This document shows positions 9,057-17,834 of a DNA stretch of 44,249 nt, one piece after another. The translations under genes and the position numbers were made by a program. Source of the stretch: Verrucomicrobiota bacterium (GTDB taxonomy: Bacteria; Verrucomicrobiota; Verrucomicrobiia; Limisphaerales; CANJSG01); contig JBBQXJ010000036.1 of NCBI GenBank assembly GCA_038209745.1, forward strand, positions 1-44,249, written 5' to 3'. Numbering within the stretch: the stretch's first letter is position 1; each line of letters starts with the position of its first letter. The notes beneath the pieces are model-generated. The model did no database searches and was not told where the DNA came from. It worked only from the letters and a program-made list of their open reading frames with translations.

Positions 9057-10217
9057 GTGAGCATCGACATCAAATCCTTGGGCCGCGACGAGCTGGCGGC
9101 CCGCTTCGCCGAATGGGGCCAGCCGGGCTACCGCGTCGACCAGCTGCTCGAGTGGCTGTATCCCCGGCGCGCGGCTGCTTGGGACGCGATGACGAATCTG
9201 CCGAAGGAACTGAGGGAGAAGCTGGCTTCGGAATTGACGCTCCAGACCCTGGGCCTGGTCCTGCGCCAGGGCGCGCGCGACACCACGCAGAAGTTTCTCT
9301 GGAAGCTGACGGACGGGGCGATGGTCGAGAGCGTGTTGATCCCGGCGAATCCGGCGCTCTACGGCGACGCGAGCGATCGGCACACGCTGTGTGTTTCCAC
9401 GCAGGTCGGCTGTGCGTATGGCTGCAAGTTCTGTGCGAGCGGGCTCGACGGCTGGAAGCGCAATTTGCGGCCTGAGGAGATCGTGGAGCAGGTGTTTTCG
9501 ATCGAACGGCTGTGTGCCGAAGACGATGCCAGGACGGGGGAGGAGGATCCGAAGTGGGCGGACAAGTCTTCTGGGCGGGCGGTGGACAATCTCGTCATCA
9601 TGGGAATGGGCGAGCCGCTGGCGAACTACGACAATCTGATCAAGGCGTTGCGGCTGTTGAACGCGTCTTGGGGCGGGGGCATCGGCGCCCGCAAGATCAC
9701 CATTTCCACGAGCGGCGTGGTGCCGAAGATCAAGCAGCTCGCGGCCGAGCCGGAACAGTTCCGCCTGGCGATTTCCCTGCATGGAGCGACGGACTCCGTC
9801 CGTGACCAGATCATGCCGGTGAACCGGAAGTATCCCTTGGCCATGTTGACCGCAGCCTGTGAGGAATTCGTGAAGGCCAAGGGCAAGATGATCACCCTCG
9901 AATACATCCTGTTGGCGGGGGTCAACGACGGGCTCGACCAGACGCGGCCGCTGGGCGAACTGGCCCGCCGGCTGAACGCGAAGGTGAATCTGATCCCCTA
10001 CAACACGGTGGAAGGCCTGCCGTGGGTCCGTCCCGAAGCGGAGTCGCAGGAACGTTTCCTTGCCGCGGTGGAACAGTTCGACGTGCCCGTGACGCTGAGG
10101 CGCGAAAAGGGGCATGACATCGACGCCGCTTGCGGGCAGCTCCGGCTAAAGACGGAACGGGAAATGGCGATGCTTTCGCCGGAACTGGTTGCTGGATCCG
10201 AGTCCGGGTGTTCGTAG
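9057..10217 (+). CDS. rlmN: 23S rRNA m2A2503/tRNA m2A37 radical SAM methyltransferase
   Basis: CVSTQVGCAYGCKFC, MGMGEP and DIDAACGQL motifs. Confidence 0.95.
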   Translation: MSIDIKSLGRDELAARFAEWGQPGYRVDQLLEWLYPRRAAAWDAMTNLPKELREKLASELTLQTLGLVLRQGARDTTQKFLWKLTDGAMVESVLIPANPALYGDASDRHTLCVSTQVGCAYGCKFCASGLDGWKRNLRPEEIVEQVFSIERLCAEDDARTGEEDPKWADKSSGRAVDNLVIMGMGEPLANYDNLIKALRLLNASWGGGIGARKITISTSGVVPKIKQLAAEPEQFRLAISLHGATDSVRDQIMPVNRKYPLAMLTAACEEFVKAKGKMITLEYILLAGVNDGLDQTRPLGELARRLNAKVNLIPYNTVEGLPWVRPEAESQERFLAAVEQFDVPVTLRREKGHDIDAACGQLRLKTEREMAMLSPELVAGSESGCS

Positions 10218-10235
10218 CCTGACGTCGGCGCAGCA

Positions 10236-10376
10236 ATCGGGTGAATGCTCCCGTCAGGCTGAACGAGCAGAAATCCAAGCGGTCAAGATGGATCGGGCCA
10301 TCGGTCGTCGCACGCGGTCTAGGACATCTTGCCTGGATGGCCGACGAGGACGGTCGGACGGGAGCATTCACCCGAT
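10236..10376. repeat. 141-bp hairpin with perfect 20-bp terminal inverted repeats
   Basis: ATCGGGTGAATGCTCCCGTC at 10236-10255 is the exact reverse complement of 10357-10376. Confidence 0.88.
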
Positions 10377-10456
10377 CCGGTTTGTTTTGAGGCGATGTCC
10401 AAAGGGACCGGGAACGGTGGTCCAGCTGCAAAATCGAGGAAGCGCTCCGTGAAGAA

Positions 10457-11095
10457 TCATTCGAAGAGAAGCCGCGCCCGCGCGTCCGGGAGCCGGGACA
10501 GCTGTTGCTCCAGCGGGCCGCTGAAGAGCCTTCCCAATTCACGTTCTGCATCCCGGGACAACGCCTCTTCACTCGCGACACTCGTCCGGCTTTGCATCCG
10601 CGCCAGCATTTCGCCCGCTGCCGGACTCAGCCTTCGGCGATCAAGACCTGGAGCCGCGCCGGACAGATCGAGAATGCTCCATTCGAAGCGCAGGAGGGAC
10701 AGGCGCGAGGGAGTTCCCGATTCCTGCTGTCGAAGCCAATGGGCCAGCAGGTCGAAGAATTCCGGCACCGGTGTTTCCGTCTCCGTTGCCAGCTCGACCA
10801 GACGCACGGCATAGGCGGCTTGATCGAGGCGTTCATAGTCGGTGCGGATGGAGGGGAAGGTGGCGACGGGGACGGCTTCGCGCAGGGTGTGCAGCTCCGA
10901 TCGCCGGCTGCGCACGAAGCTGAAATCCGCCTGGAAGAACAGGTCGAGCTTTCCGCGGAACGGCGACTTGGCCCGACGCGCGCCCTTCGCCACCGTGGCG
11001 ATGCGTCCTTGGTCCCGCGTCAACCAATGGAGGATCAGGCTGGTCTCGGTGAGTGGCCGGATCCGGAGCACGATGCCATGGGCCGATTCCTCCAT
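10457..11095 (-). CDS. recO: DNA repair protein RecO
   Basis: GIVLR..LTETSLI, G.IATVAKGARR.KSPF.GKLD N-terminal OB pattern; start taken at MEESAHG. Confidence 0.88.
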   Translation of the reverse strand: MEESAHGIVLRIRPLTETSLILHWLTRDQGRIATVAKGARRAKSPFRGKLDLFFQADFSFVRSRRSELHTLREAVPVATFPSIRTDYERLDQAAYAVRLVELATETETPVPEFFDLLAHWLRQQESGTPSRLSLLRFEWSILDLSGAAPGLDRRRLSPAAGEMLARMQSRTSVASEEALSRDAERELGRLFSGPLEQQLSRLPDARARLLFE

Positions 11096-11105
11096 GACGG
11101 GCGTC

Positions 11106-11762
11106 TCAGGGCTGGTCGTCGTCCCGGGTGACCGCCTCAAAGGACAAGGAGCCAAGGCTGATGATGAACTTGATGCCGTCGGAGACCGGCATATCGAGGC
11201 GGCGGACCGACCGCTCGGGCACGACGAGGAGAAACCCGGATGTGGGATTGGGGGTGGTCGGCACGAACACGTTCAGCATCGGCTCGGTCTGGGGGCCGGT
11301 CAGGTCCAGCGAAGGTGTGCCGGTGATGAAGCCGAGGGCGCGATGTCCCGGCTGGGGAAATTCGACCATCACCACTTCCTGAAACGAGCTCTTCTTGCCG
11401 CTGGTGAAGGCCTGGTTCACCTGTTTGATCGTGCCGTAGACCTTGTTCACGAGGGGCACCTTGAGCAGCACATGGTCGAGCGCACCGAGCGCCTGCCGAC
11501 CGATGTAGTAGCGCGCCATCCTCCCCGCGACGGCGAGGAGGACGATGGCAAACAGCAGCGCGATGAGGCTCCACCACCAAATGACTCCGCCGTCGGCTTC
11601 GTGCGTCCACGTTTTTGGAAGGAAGAAGAGCAGGGTGTCGGTGACGGCGGCGATGTTGCGCAGGATCCACCACATCAGCCACACGGTGAGAATGGCCGGG
11701 AGCAATACCGCCAGTCCGGCGAAGAAATCCGCCCGCCAGCGTGTGATGACAGTCTTTGACAC
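11106..11762 (-). CDS. DUF502 family membrane protein
   Basis: Two TM helices, P.VNKVYGTIKQ and VFVPTTPNPTSGFL signature. Confidence 0.9.
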   Translation of the reverse strand: MSKTVITRWRADFFAGLAVLLPAILTVWLMWWILRNIAAVTDTLLFFLPKTWTHEADGGVIWWWSLIALLFAIVLLAVAGRMARYYIGRQALGALDHVLLKVPLVNKVYGTIKQVNQAFTSGKKSSFQEVVMVEFPQPGHRALGFITGTPSLDLTGPQTEPMLNVFVPTTPNPTSGFLLVVPERSVRRLDMPVSDGIKFIISLGSLSFEAVTRDDDQP

Positions 11763-11852
11763 GGCGGGAGACTACTGGAGCGCATTGCCGACGCCAGCGT
11801 GGAAGCAAAAGGGCCGGAAGGGACCGCCTGTCCAAGATCTCTTTCCGATCTG

Positions 11853-13841
11853 TCAGCCCCGGTCGCCGATCTTTTCTCCGCGAAGAACTTTCCGGTAGGT
11901 CGCCAGCGCGAGAAGCGGCCAAGCATTCCGGTACATGTCGTATTTCAGGTAGAAGACCTTCGGAAAACCGGTGCCGGTCACTTCGTCTTCGGTCCAGGAA
12001 CCATCGGGATTCTGGGTCCGGACCAAGTATTCGATGCCGCGCCGGACGCTTTCGCGGTCCGGATCCCCAAAGGCGAGCAGACCCATCACGGCCCAAGCGG
12101 TTTGGGACGCGGTGCTGGGGCCCTGGCCCTTGAAGACGGGATCGTCGTAGGTATTGCAGCGCTCGCCCCAGCCGCCGTCTTCGTGCTGGACGCTCTCCAG
12201 CCAAGCGCGGGCTCGGGTAAGCCACGGCTGGGCCATGTCAAGACCGAGCGCAGCCAAGCCGCGGCAAACCTGCCACGTGCCGTAGATGTAGTTCACACCC
12301 CAGCGGCCATACCAGGAACCGTCGTCCTCCTGCTGCCCCTTCACATAGTCCAGTGCGTCCTTGATCTGGGGGTGCTGGAGGTCCCAGCCCTCGTAGCCGA
12401 GGAGCTCGAGGATGCGTGCGGTGATGTCGGCGCACTCGGGGTCGAGCATCGCATTGTGGTCCGCAAACGGCACCTTTTCGAGGATGCCCTTGGTGCAGTC
12501 CTTGTCGAAGGCCGCCCATCCGCCGTCCCGGCACTGGAAGGCCATCATCCAGTTCATGCCGCGCTGGATCGAATCGTCGCGGCGCTTGCGGTCGGCGAGG
12601 GCGATTTTCCGCAGCGCGAGGATGACCATCGCGGTGTCGTCCACGTCGGGATTCCACTCGTTGCTGAATTCGAAGACCCAGCCGGAGGGCTCGACCTTCA
12701 CGGGGTTTTTGTGGATCCAGTCGCCCTTGAACCGGATCTCGCGGTCGATGAGCCAGTTCGCCGCCTTCTGCATCTGCGAGTGGTCGGCGGCGACGCCCGA
12801 TTCGCGCAGGCACATGGCGACGATGGCCGTGTCCCAGACTGGGGAAAAACAGGGTTCGCAACGGACGCTCTCTCCAGTTTCGTGCTGGAGCTTCTGGATC
12901 TCATGCCACGCGCGCTGCACTTGCGGATGTTCGCGGGCATAGCCCATGGCCTTCAAAGCGATGAGCGCGTTCAGCATGGCCGGGAAGATCGCGGCGAGAC
13001 CGTCGCTTCGCTCGAAACGCTCGAGCATCCATTGCTCGCACTTCTTCAGCGCGCTGCGCCGAAAGGGATGGATGCCGGCTTTGGCGAAGAGCTCGGCGAA
13101 CTTGTGGAGTCCGTCGAGCGAGAGGAAGAAGTTGCGCCAGGTGAACCACTGCGGGTCCCGGGGCAGGGCGAGATCACGCTCATGATAGCCCTCGGGGAAG
13201 AGCTCGTTCAGATCCACGCGAACGGATCGCGTGGGGCGGAAGTGGCTGATGATGGCCAGCGGCACGATCATCGCGCGCGACCAATTGCTCATATCCCAGA
13301 AATTCACGTGGAACCACTTGCCGATCATCAACACTTCGCAGGGGATGGTCGGGAGATACTTCCATGGGAAGAGGCCGATCAGGGCGAGATACTGCTTCGA
13401 AAAGGTGTTCATCCGCGGCACACCGCCGAGGCGGAGACCGACCTCGCGGGCCTTGAGCATCCGGGGATCGGTCACGGGCAAACCGGCCAGCTTCAGGGCC
13501 AAGTAGGCCTTGATCGTGGCGTTCACCTCCGAGGGTCCTCCGAAGTAGATGTTCCAACCGCCGTCGGGGAGCTGCTTGCTGAAGATGTGGTGGACCGCCT
13601 TGGTCTGCCACGCCGGATCGACGGATCCGTCCCAATGGTGGAACGCCACCAAATCGGCGATGAGCGTCACGTCCACGAAGAGCTCGCCGATCCAGTAGCC
13701 CTCAGGCTTCTGGATGTTCAGCAAATAGTTTTGAGACCGCTTGAGGGCGGTCTCGAACTCGTTGAACGGGTGTAACACGGACGCCGGTGGGGTCGCTTGA
13801 GACGACGGCCGCCGGTCCGCCTGAGAATGCTGAACCTGCAT
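11853..13841 (-). CDS. shc: Squalene-hopene cyclase
   Basis: DVDDTA catalytic motif, multiple Q-x-x-D-G-x-W repeats, GTGFP. Confidence 0.95.
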   Translation of the reverse strand: MQVQHSQADRRPSSQATPPASVLHPFNEFETALKRSQNYLLNIQKPEGYWIGELFVDVTLIADLVAFHHWDGSVDPAWQTKAVHHIFSKQLPDGGWNIYFGGPSEVNATIKAYLALKLAGLPVTDPRMLKAREVGLRLGGVPRMNTFSKQYLALIGLFPWKYLPTIPCEVLMIGKWFHVNFWDMSNWSRAMIVPLAIISHFRPTRSVRVDLNELFPEGYHERDLALPRDPQWFTWRNFFLSLDGLHKFAELFAKAGIHPFRRSALKKCEQWMLERFERSDGLAAIFPAMLNALIALKAMGYAREHPQVQRAWHEIQKLQHETGESVRCEPCFSPVWDTAIVAMCLRESGVAADHSQMQKAANWLIDREIRFKGDWIHKNPVKVEPSGWVFEFSNEWNPDVDDTAMVILALRKIALADRKRRDDSIQRGMNWMMAFQCRDGGWAAFDKDCTKGILEKVPFADHNAMLDPECADITARILELLGYEGWDLQHPQIKDALDYVKGQQEDDGSWYGRWGVNYIYGTWQVCRGLAALGLDMAQPWLTRARAWLESVQHEDGGWGERCNTYDDPVFKGQGPSTASQTAWAVMGLLAFGDPDRESVRRGIEYLVRTQNPDGSWTEDEVTGTGFPKVFYLKYDMYRNAWPLLALATYRKVLRGEKIGDRG

Positions 13842-14111
13842 CAGAAGCGCAGCGTGGGGAATGTCGCAAAACGAAGCAAGGGCAAGTTTTTAACTGACTA
13901 TCTGTGAGAGATTTGCGTGGAACTAAATGACTTCAAGCGAGTGAGACGCTTAAACCAAAAGCACTCCATGGTGGACGATATTTGCCTTGTTTCGAGACAT
14001 TGAATCTGGTCTAAAAGCGGCGCCAAGTCCGACAAAGCAGTTGCTCTGAAGGTGATCGGAGGACGAAGCGAATGGGCTTGGACGGGTGGTGGTTATTGAT
14101 CTCCAGACACT

Positions 14112-14771
14112 ATGAAGCGGATCTTGATGGCGGGATTGCTGGTTTGGGTTGGGACGAGCTGGTCCCGGGGCGAAACCGTCTATCATTCTTTCGGGTTGAG
14201 CCGCTCTCACGATCTTGGTTCCTCGCCCGATTTCCTCGATTTGAATTCCGACGGGGTAATCGACTTTCGTCTCAGCTGGGACCAGAGCAACACGGTCATT
14301 GGCGATGGCGGGTTCTATGCGCCATTTCTCATCAAGGGGATGAACGGCGCCTCATTTTCCTTTTCCGGGTCGGCGGTCGCCGTAGCGGAAGGAAGTGAAA
14401 TTGGGCCTTCGTCCGGATGGTGGACTGCGGCGGATTCCGAAGAGAGAGCGACGTTGGGATCATTCTCCAGAGACTCGTCGCGGAGCTGGACCGATCTGTT
14501 GATGGACGAGGGATCGCATACCTTGGCCGTTCGGTTCGGCGCGAAAGGCGGCGGCGACCTCTACGGCTGGATCCGCTACCGTGACTCGGTCGGCAATGGC
14601 AGCACCGAATGGGGCCCGCAAGTCTTCGACTTCGCCTACAACTCCGTCCCCGATCAACCCATCCGCTCGGCGATCGTGCCGGTGCCGGAACCCGGAACCG
14701 GCGCGTTGGCATGTCTCGGAGCCGGTCTCGGTCTGGCAGGATTTCTCAGAGCCCGTCTGAAAAAGAGATGA
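14112..14771 (+). CDS. PEP-CTERM sorting-domain surface protein
   Basis: N-terminal signal peptide, DLNSDGVIDF motif, C-terminal VPEPGT + hydrophobic helix + RARLKKR. Confidence 0.88.
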   Translation: MKRILMAGLLVWVGTSWSRGETVYHSFGLSRSHDLGSSPDFLDLNSDGVIDFRLSWDQSNTVIGDGGFYAPFLIKGMNGASFSFSGSAVAVAEGSEIGPSSGWWTAADSEERATLGSFSRDSSRSWTDLLMDEGSHTLAVRFGAKGGGDLYGWIRYRDSVGNGSTEWGPQVFDFAYNSVPDQPIRSAIVPVPEPGTGALACLGAGLGLAGFLRARLKKR

Positions 14772-15194
14772 TCCCGCACAAAACGGGTCTTTTGCAGGAA
14801 GAAGCCTGATGATCCGGGGTGAAGGGCGGTTCGGAACCCTCTCGGCAGCGGGGTTGGTGCGATGAAAAACCGCATTTTCCCCACCTGTATGACCGAGACC
14901 CGCAGGAAGCTCATCGAGCCCCACCTGCCGGAGCCTGCCCGCCCTGGCAGACCCGTCTAGCCCGTCTTCTGCCGCTGGCCGCTCGACGGCAACTGGAAGT
15001 TCCTCAACGACCGGCTCTGCGCCGGCATCCTCGAACACCGCTCCTTCGCCTCGCTCAGGCAGAGCCTCGCCTCGTCCCCGACCACAAGGCCACCGGATCC
15101 AGCTCCGAAGCCTTCGTCTCGATCTCCATGATCCGCCTCATGGTCAACCGACTCTCCTGATCCCCGGCACATAATCCCTTTTTCAGACGGTCTC
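14749..15194 (+). mobile_element. Internally deleted IS5-family (IS1031-like) element
   Basis: Terminal IRs GAGCCCGTCTGAAAAAG (14749-14765) and CTTTTTCAGACGGTCTC (15178-15194), 16/17 match; TNA flanks (TCA/TAA); transposase fragments MKNRIFPTCMTETRRKLIEPHLPEPARPGRP, FCRWPLDGNWKFLNDRL and SSEAFVSISMIRLMVNRLS*. Confidence 0.85.
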
Positions 15195-16123
15195 TAAGAA
15201 TTTGCCGCCAGTTGTTTGATGCGAGCGCGGAAGGTTTTCATTATTTCGGCAAGCCACGGGCTGGCAAACCGTTTGCGAACGGTGAGAGCGTAGTATTTTT
15301 CCGTCAGCCCCGGAACGCGCCGCATGAACTTGATGTTGCGCGACTGCAGTTCGCGTTCGACGACGATCTTCGAGACGAGCGCGAGACCTTCGCCGGAGAG
15401 CGCGAGCAGCCGGAGCAGCGCCATGTCGTCCACTTCGGCGTGAACGAACGGCTCGATGCCCGCGCTCGCCAGAATCAAATCAAAGTCCGCCCGCACATCG
15501 CTCTGGCGGCTGGGCAGGAAGAGCGGAACCCCTTTCAAGAACTGCGGAAATTTCCCGGGCGACAACTTCAGATTTTTTCCGCCGACGAGAAACACCGGCA
15601 CCTCTCCGAGCAGATGATTGAAAACGTTGTGCTCCTGATCGGCGCGCAGCGGGATGTTGGACAATATCAAATCCACCCTGTGTTCGTGCAACTGCCGCGT
15701 GAGTTCGTCCAGCGCGCCCGCGACGACGACGACCTTGGTCTGCGCGTCGGCCAGAATCGGCTGGATGAAATCGAACTGTAGATTCTTCGAGAGCGGCCCG
15801 ACCGCACCGATCCGCACTATCCTCTGCCGCGTCGCGCCGAACTGCCGGAAGTGGGTGATGAGTTCGTGGCCGGTGGTGAAAATTGTCTCCGCGTGCTCCA
15901 GCGCGACGCGGCCGCCGTCGGTCAAATGCAACTGCCGTCCGCGCCGCTCGAACAGCGGCTGGCCGAGCCACTCCTCCAGTTCGGCCAGTTGCTCGCTCAA
16001 GGTGGACTGCGAAATCTTCAGCTTCTCCGCCGCGCGCGTCACGCTGCGATGCCGCGCAATCATCCAGAAATGGCGCAGGTGGTGGTAGTTCAACCATTCG
16101 GGGTTTTCAAAAGCCGAATTCAT
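15194..16123 (-). CDS. LysR-family transcriptional regulator (NhaR-like), divergent from dabBA
   Basis: WLNYHHLRHFW, SVTRAAEKLKISQSTLSEQ HTH, LFERRGRQLHLT. Confidence 0.93.
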   Translation of the reverse strand: MNSAFENPEWLNYHHLRHFWMIARHRSVTRAAEKLKISQSTLSEQLAELEEWLGQPLFERRGRQLHLTDGGRVALEHAETIFTTGHELITHFRQFGATRQRIVRIGAVGPLSKNLQFDFIQPILADAQTKVVVVAGALDELTRQLHEHRVDLILSNIPLRADQEHNVFNHLLGEVPVFLVGGKNLKLSPGKFPQFLKGVPLFLPSRQSDVRADFDLILASAGIEPFVHAEVDDMALLRLLALSGEGLALVSKIVVERELQSRNIKFMRRVPGLTEKYYALTVRKRFASPWLAEIMKTFRARIKQLAANS

Positions 16124-16127
16124 GGGA

Positions 16128-16160
16128 TCGGAATAACCGAACGATAGAATAGAAACTATC
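16128..16160. promoter_or_regulatory. Putative LysR operator (T-N11-A dyad plus a second dyad)
   Basis: TCGGAATAACCGA at 16128-16140 and GATAG-N8-CTATC at 16143-16160 in the divergent spacer. Confidence 0.6.
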
Positions 16161-16214
16161 CATTATTGCGATGGAAAGCGTCCAGCTATGGTCAGTTCGT
16201 TGTTGGGATCCACT

Positions 16215-17834
16215 ATGAACAATGAACCGAATCAGATGCTGGCCGCCGCGCTCGCAGCGTCCGGCCCGCTCGCCCTGCTGGCCTTTGGGCTGGTCCCCGC
16301 CACGCTGCTAGACCGTCGCGGAATGAAATCGGCCCGGATCGGGGCGATGATTGCGCTGGCGGCTTTCGGACTGGCGGTGGCGGCCACCGTCTCCCGGGCC
16401 GTTTACGGACCGGCGGATTTCGTCTGGACCGTCGCCGGTCCGTTCCAGTTGGGTGTCTTTTTTGACAACCTCTCCGCCATCGTGCTCCTCCTCGTCGCGT
16501 TCCTGCTGGCGGTTGTGGCGCGCTATTCCGTCAACTATCTTGCTGGCGATCCGGCGCAGGGCCGATTCACCAAGTGGCTGTGCCTCACCGGCGGATCAGT
16601 GCTGACGATTGTGATTTCAGGCAACCTGGTGCAGCTCGCCGTGGCGTGGACGGCGACCAGCGTGAGCCTGCATCAACTCCTGGTGTTCTATCCCGAACGG
16701 CCGGGCGCGCGGCTGGCGGCGCGGAAAAAGTTCATCATCAGCCGGCTCGGCGATGCGTGTCTCCTGGCTGTGATCCTCCTCGTGTATCGGGAATTCCACA
16801 CCTGGAACTTCGCGGAACTTTTCGGGCTCCTCAACCAGGCCCGGTCAACCAGGTTCGCCACAGGAAGCTTCGCCATCAGTGCCATCTGCTTTCTGCTCGT
16901 GGCCGGGGCGATGTTGAGATCGGCGCAGTTTCCCTTTCACAGCTGGTTGCCGGACACGATGGAAACCCCGACGCCGGTTTCCGCGCTGATGCACGCTGGC
17001 ATCATCAACGCGGGTGGATTCCTGATCATCCGGCTGAATCCGCTCGTCACGCTGTCGCCGGGGGCGATGTCCACCCTGGCGTTGTTCGGAGCGTTCACGG
17101 CGCTGTTCGCCTCGCTGGTCATGCTCACTCACGCGAGCGTCAAGCGGTCGCTGGCCTTTTCCACCGTGGCGCAAATGGGCTTCATGATGCTCGAATGCGG
17201 CCTTGGTGCGTTCTCGCTCGCGGTGCTCCACCTCGTCGCGCATTCGCTCTACAAGGCCCATGCTTTCCTCGCCTCCGGTGGCATCGTCCGGCTGGCAAGA
17301 TCGGCCTGGGCGCCGACCGGAAAGCCGAACGCGCATCCGCTCAGGCTCACTGGCGCGCTCATCACAGCGCTCGGCCTGGTGCTCGCCGGCGCCTGGTTGT
17401 TCGGCATGGATTTCCGCCACGAACCCGGACTGCTCGTGCTCGGCAGCGCCTTTGCGATGGCCCTGGCCTACGCGCTGTGGAATCTGTGGAGCCAAACGCT
17501 CAACCTGAAACTCACGGCGTTCGGCGCGTTGTTCGGCGGCGGCATCGTGGTTGCCTTCTTCGGTCTGCACCGGTGGGTCGGTCATTTGCTCGGCGAGAAC
17601 GACTGGAACAATTCCCAGCTGGATTCCTGGCCCGGAATCCTGGTGGCCACGACGCTTCTCTCGCTCTTCCTGTCGGTGTTGGTCGTGCAGACCGAACTCC
17701 CGCAGTGGACGAGCCGACCGTGGTTTCAAGCGGTCTACGTCCACGCCCGGAACGGTTTCTACTTCAACACGCTGGCCAACCGTCTTGTCGCCGCCGTCTG
17801 GCCGGTGAAGAACGCCCCAAGAACCAAACCATGA
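16215..17834 (+). CDS. dabB: Inorganic carbon transporter membrane subunit (NuoL/ND5-like, DabB/MpsA)
   Basis: Many TM helices, SAQFPFHSWLPDTMETPTPVSALMHAG, HLVAHSLYKA; coupled to a DUF2309 gene. Start could also be 16188. Confidence 0.88.
   Translation: MNNEPNQMLAAALAASGPLALLAFGLVPATLLDRRGMKSARIGAMIALAAFGLAVAATVSRAVYGPADFVWTVAGPFQLGVFFDNLSAIVLLLVAFLLAVVARYSVNYLAGDPAQGRFTKWLCLTGGSVLTIVISGNLVQLAVAWTATSVSLHQLLVFYPERPGARLAARKKFIISRLGDACLLAVILLVYREFHTWNFAELFGLLNQARSTRFATGSFAISAICFLLVAGAMLRSAQFPFHSWLPDTMETPTPVSALMHAGIINAGGFLIIRLNPLVTLSPGAMSTLALFGAFTALFASLVMLTHASVKRSLAFSTVAQMGFMMLECGLGAFSLAVLHLVAHSLYKAHAFLASGGIVRLARSAWAPTGKPNAHPLRLTGALITALGLVLAGAWLFGMDFRHEPGLLVLGSAFAMALAYALWNLWSQTLNLKLTAFGALFGGGIVVAFFGLHRWVGHLLGENDWNNSQLDSWPGILVATTLLSLFLSVLVVQTELPQWTSRPWFQAVYVHARNGFYFNTLANRLVAAVWPVKNAPRTKP

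Noticed and set aside
16574..17830. 1260-aa version of DabA in the ORF track
   Set aside because: The extension overlaps dabB in another frame and is Arg/Pro-rich noise; the real start is the coupled ATG at 17831.
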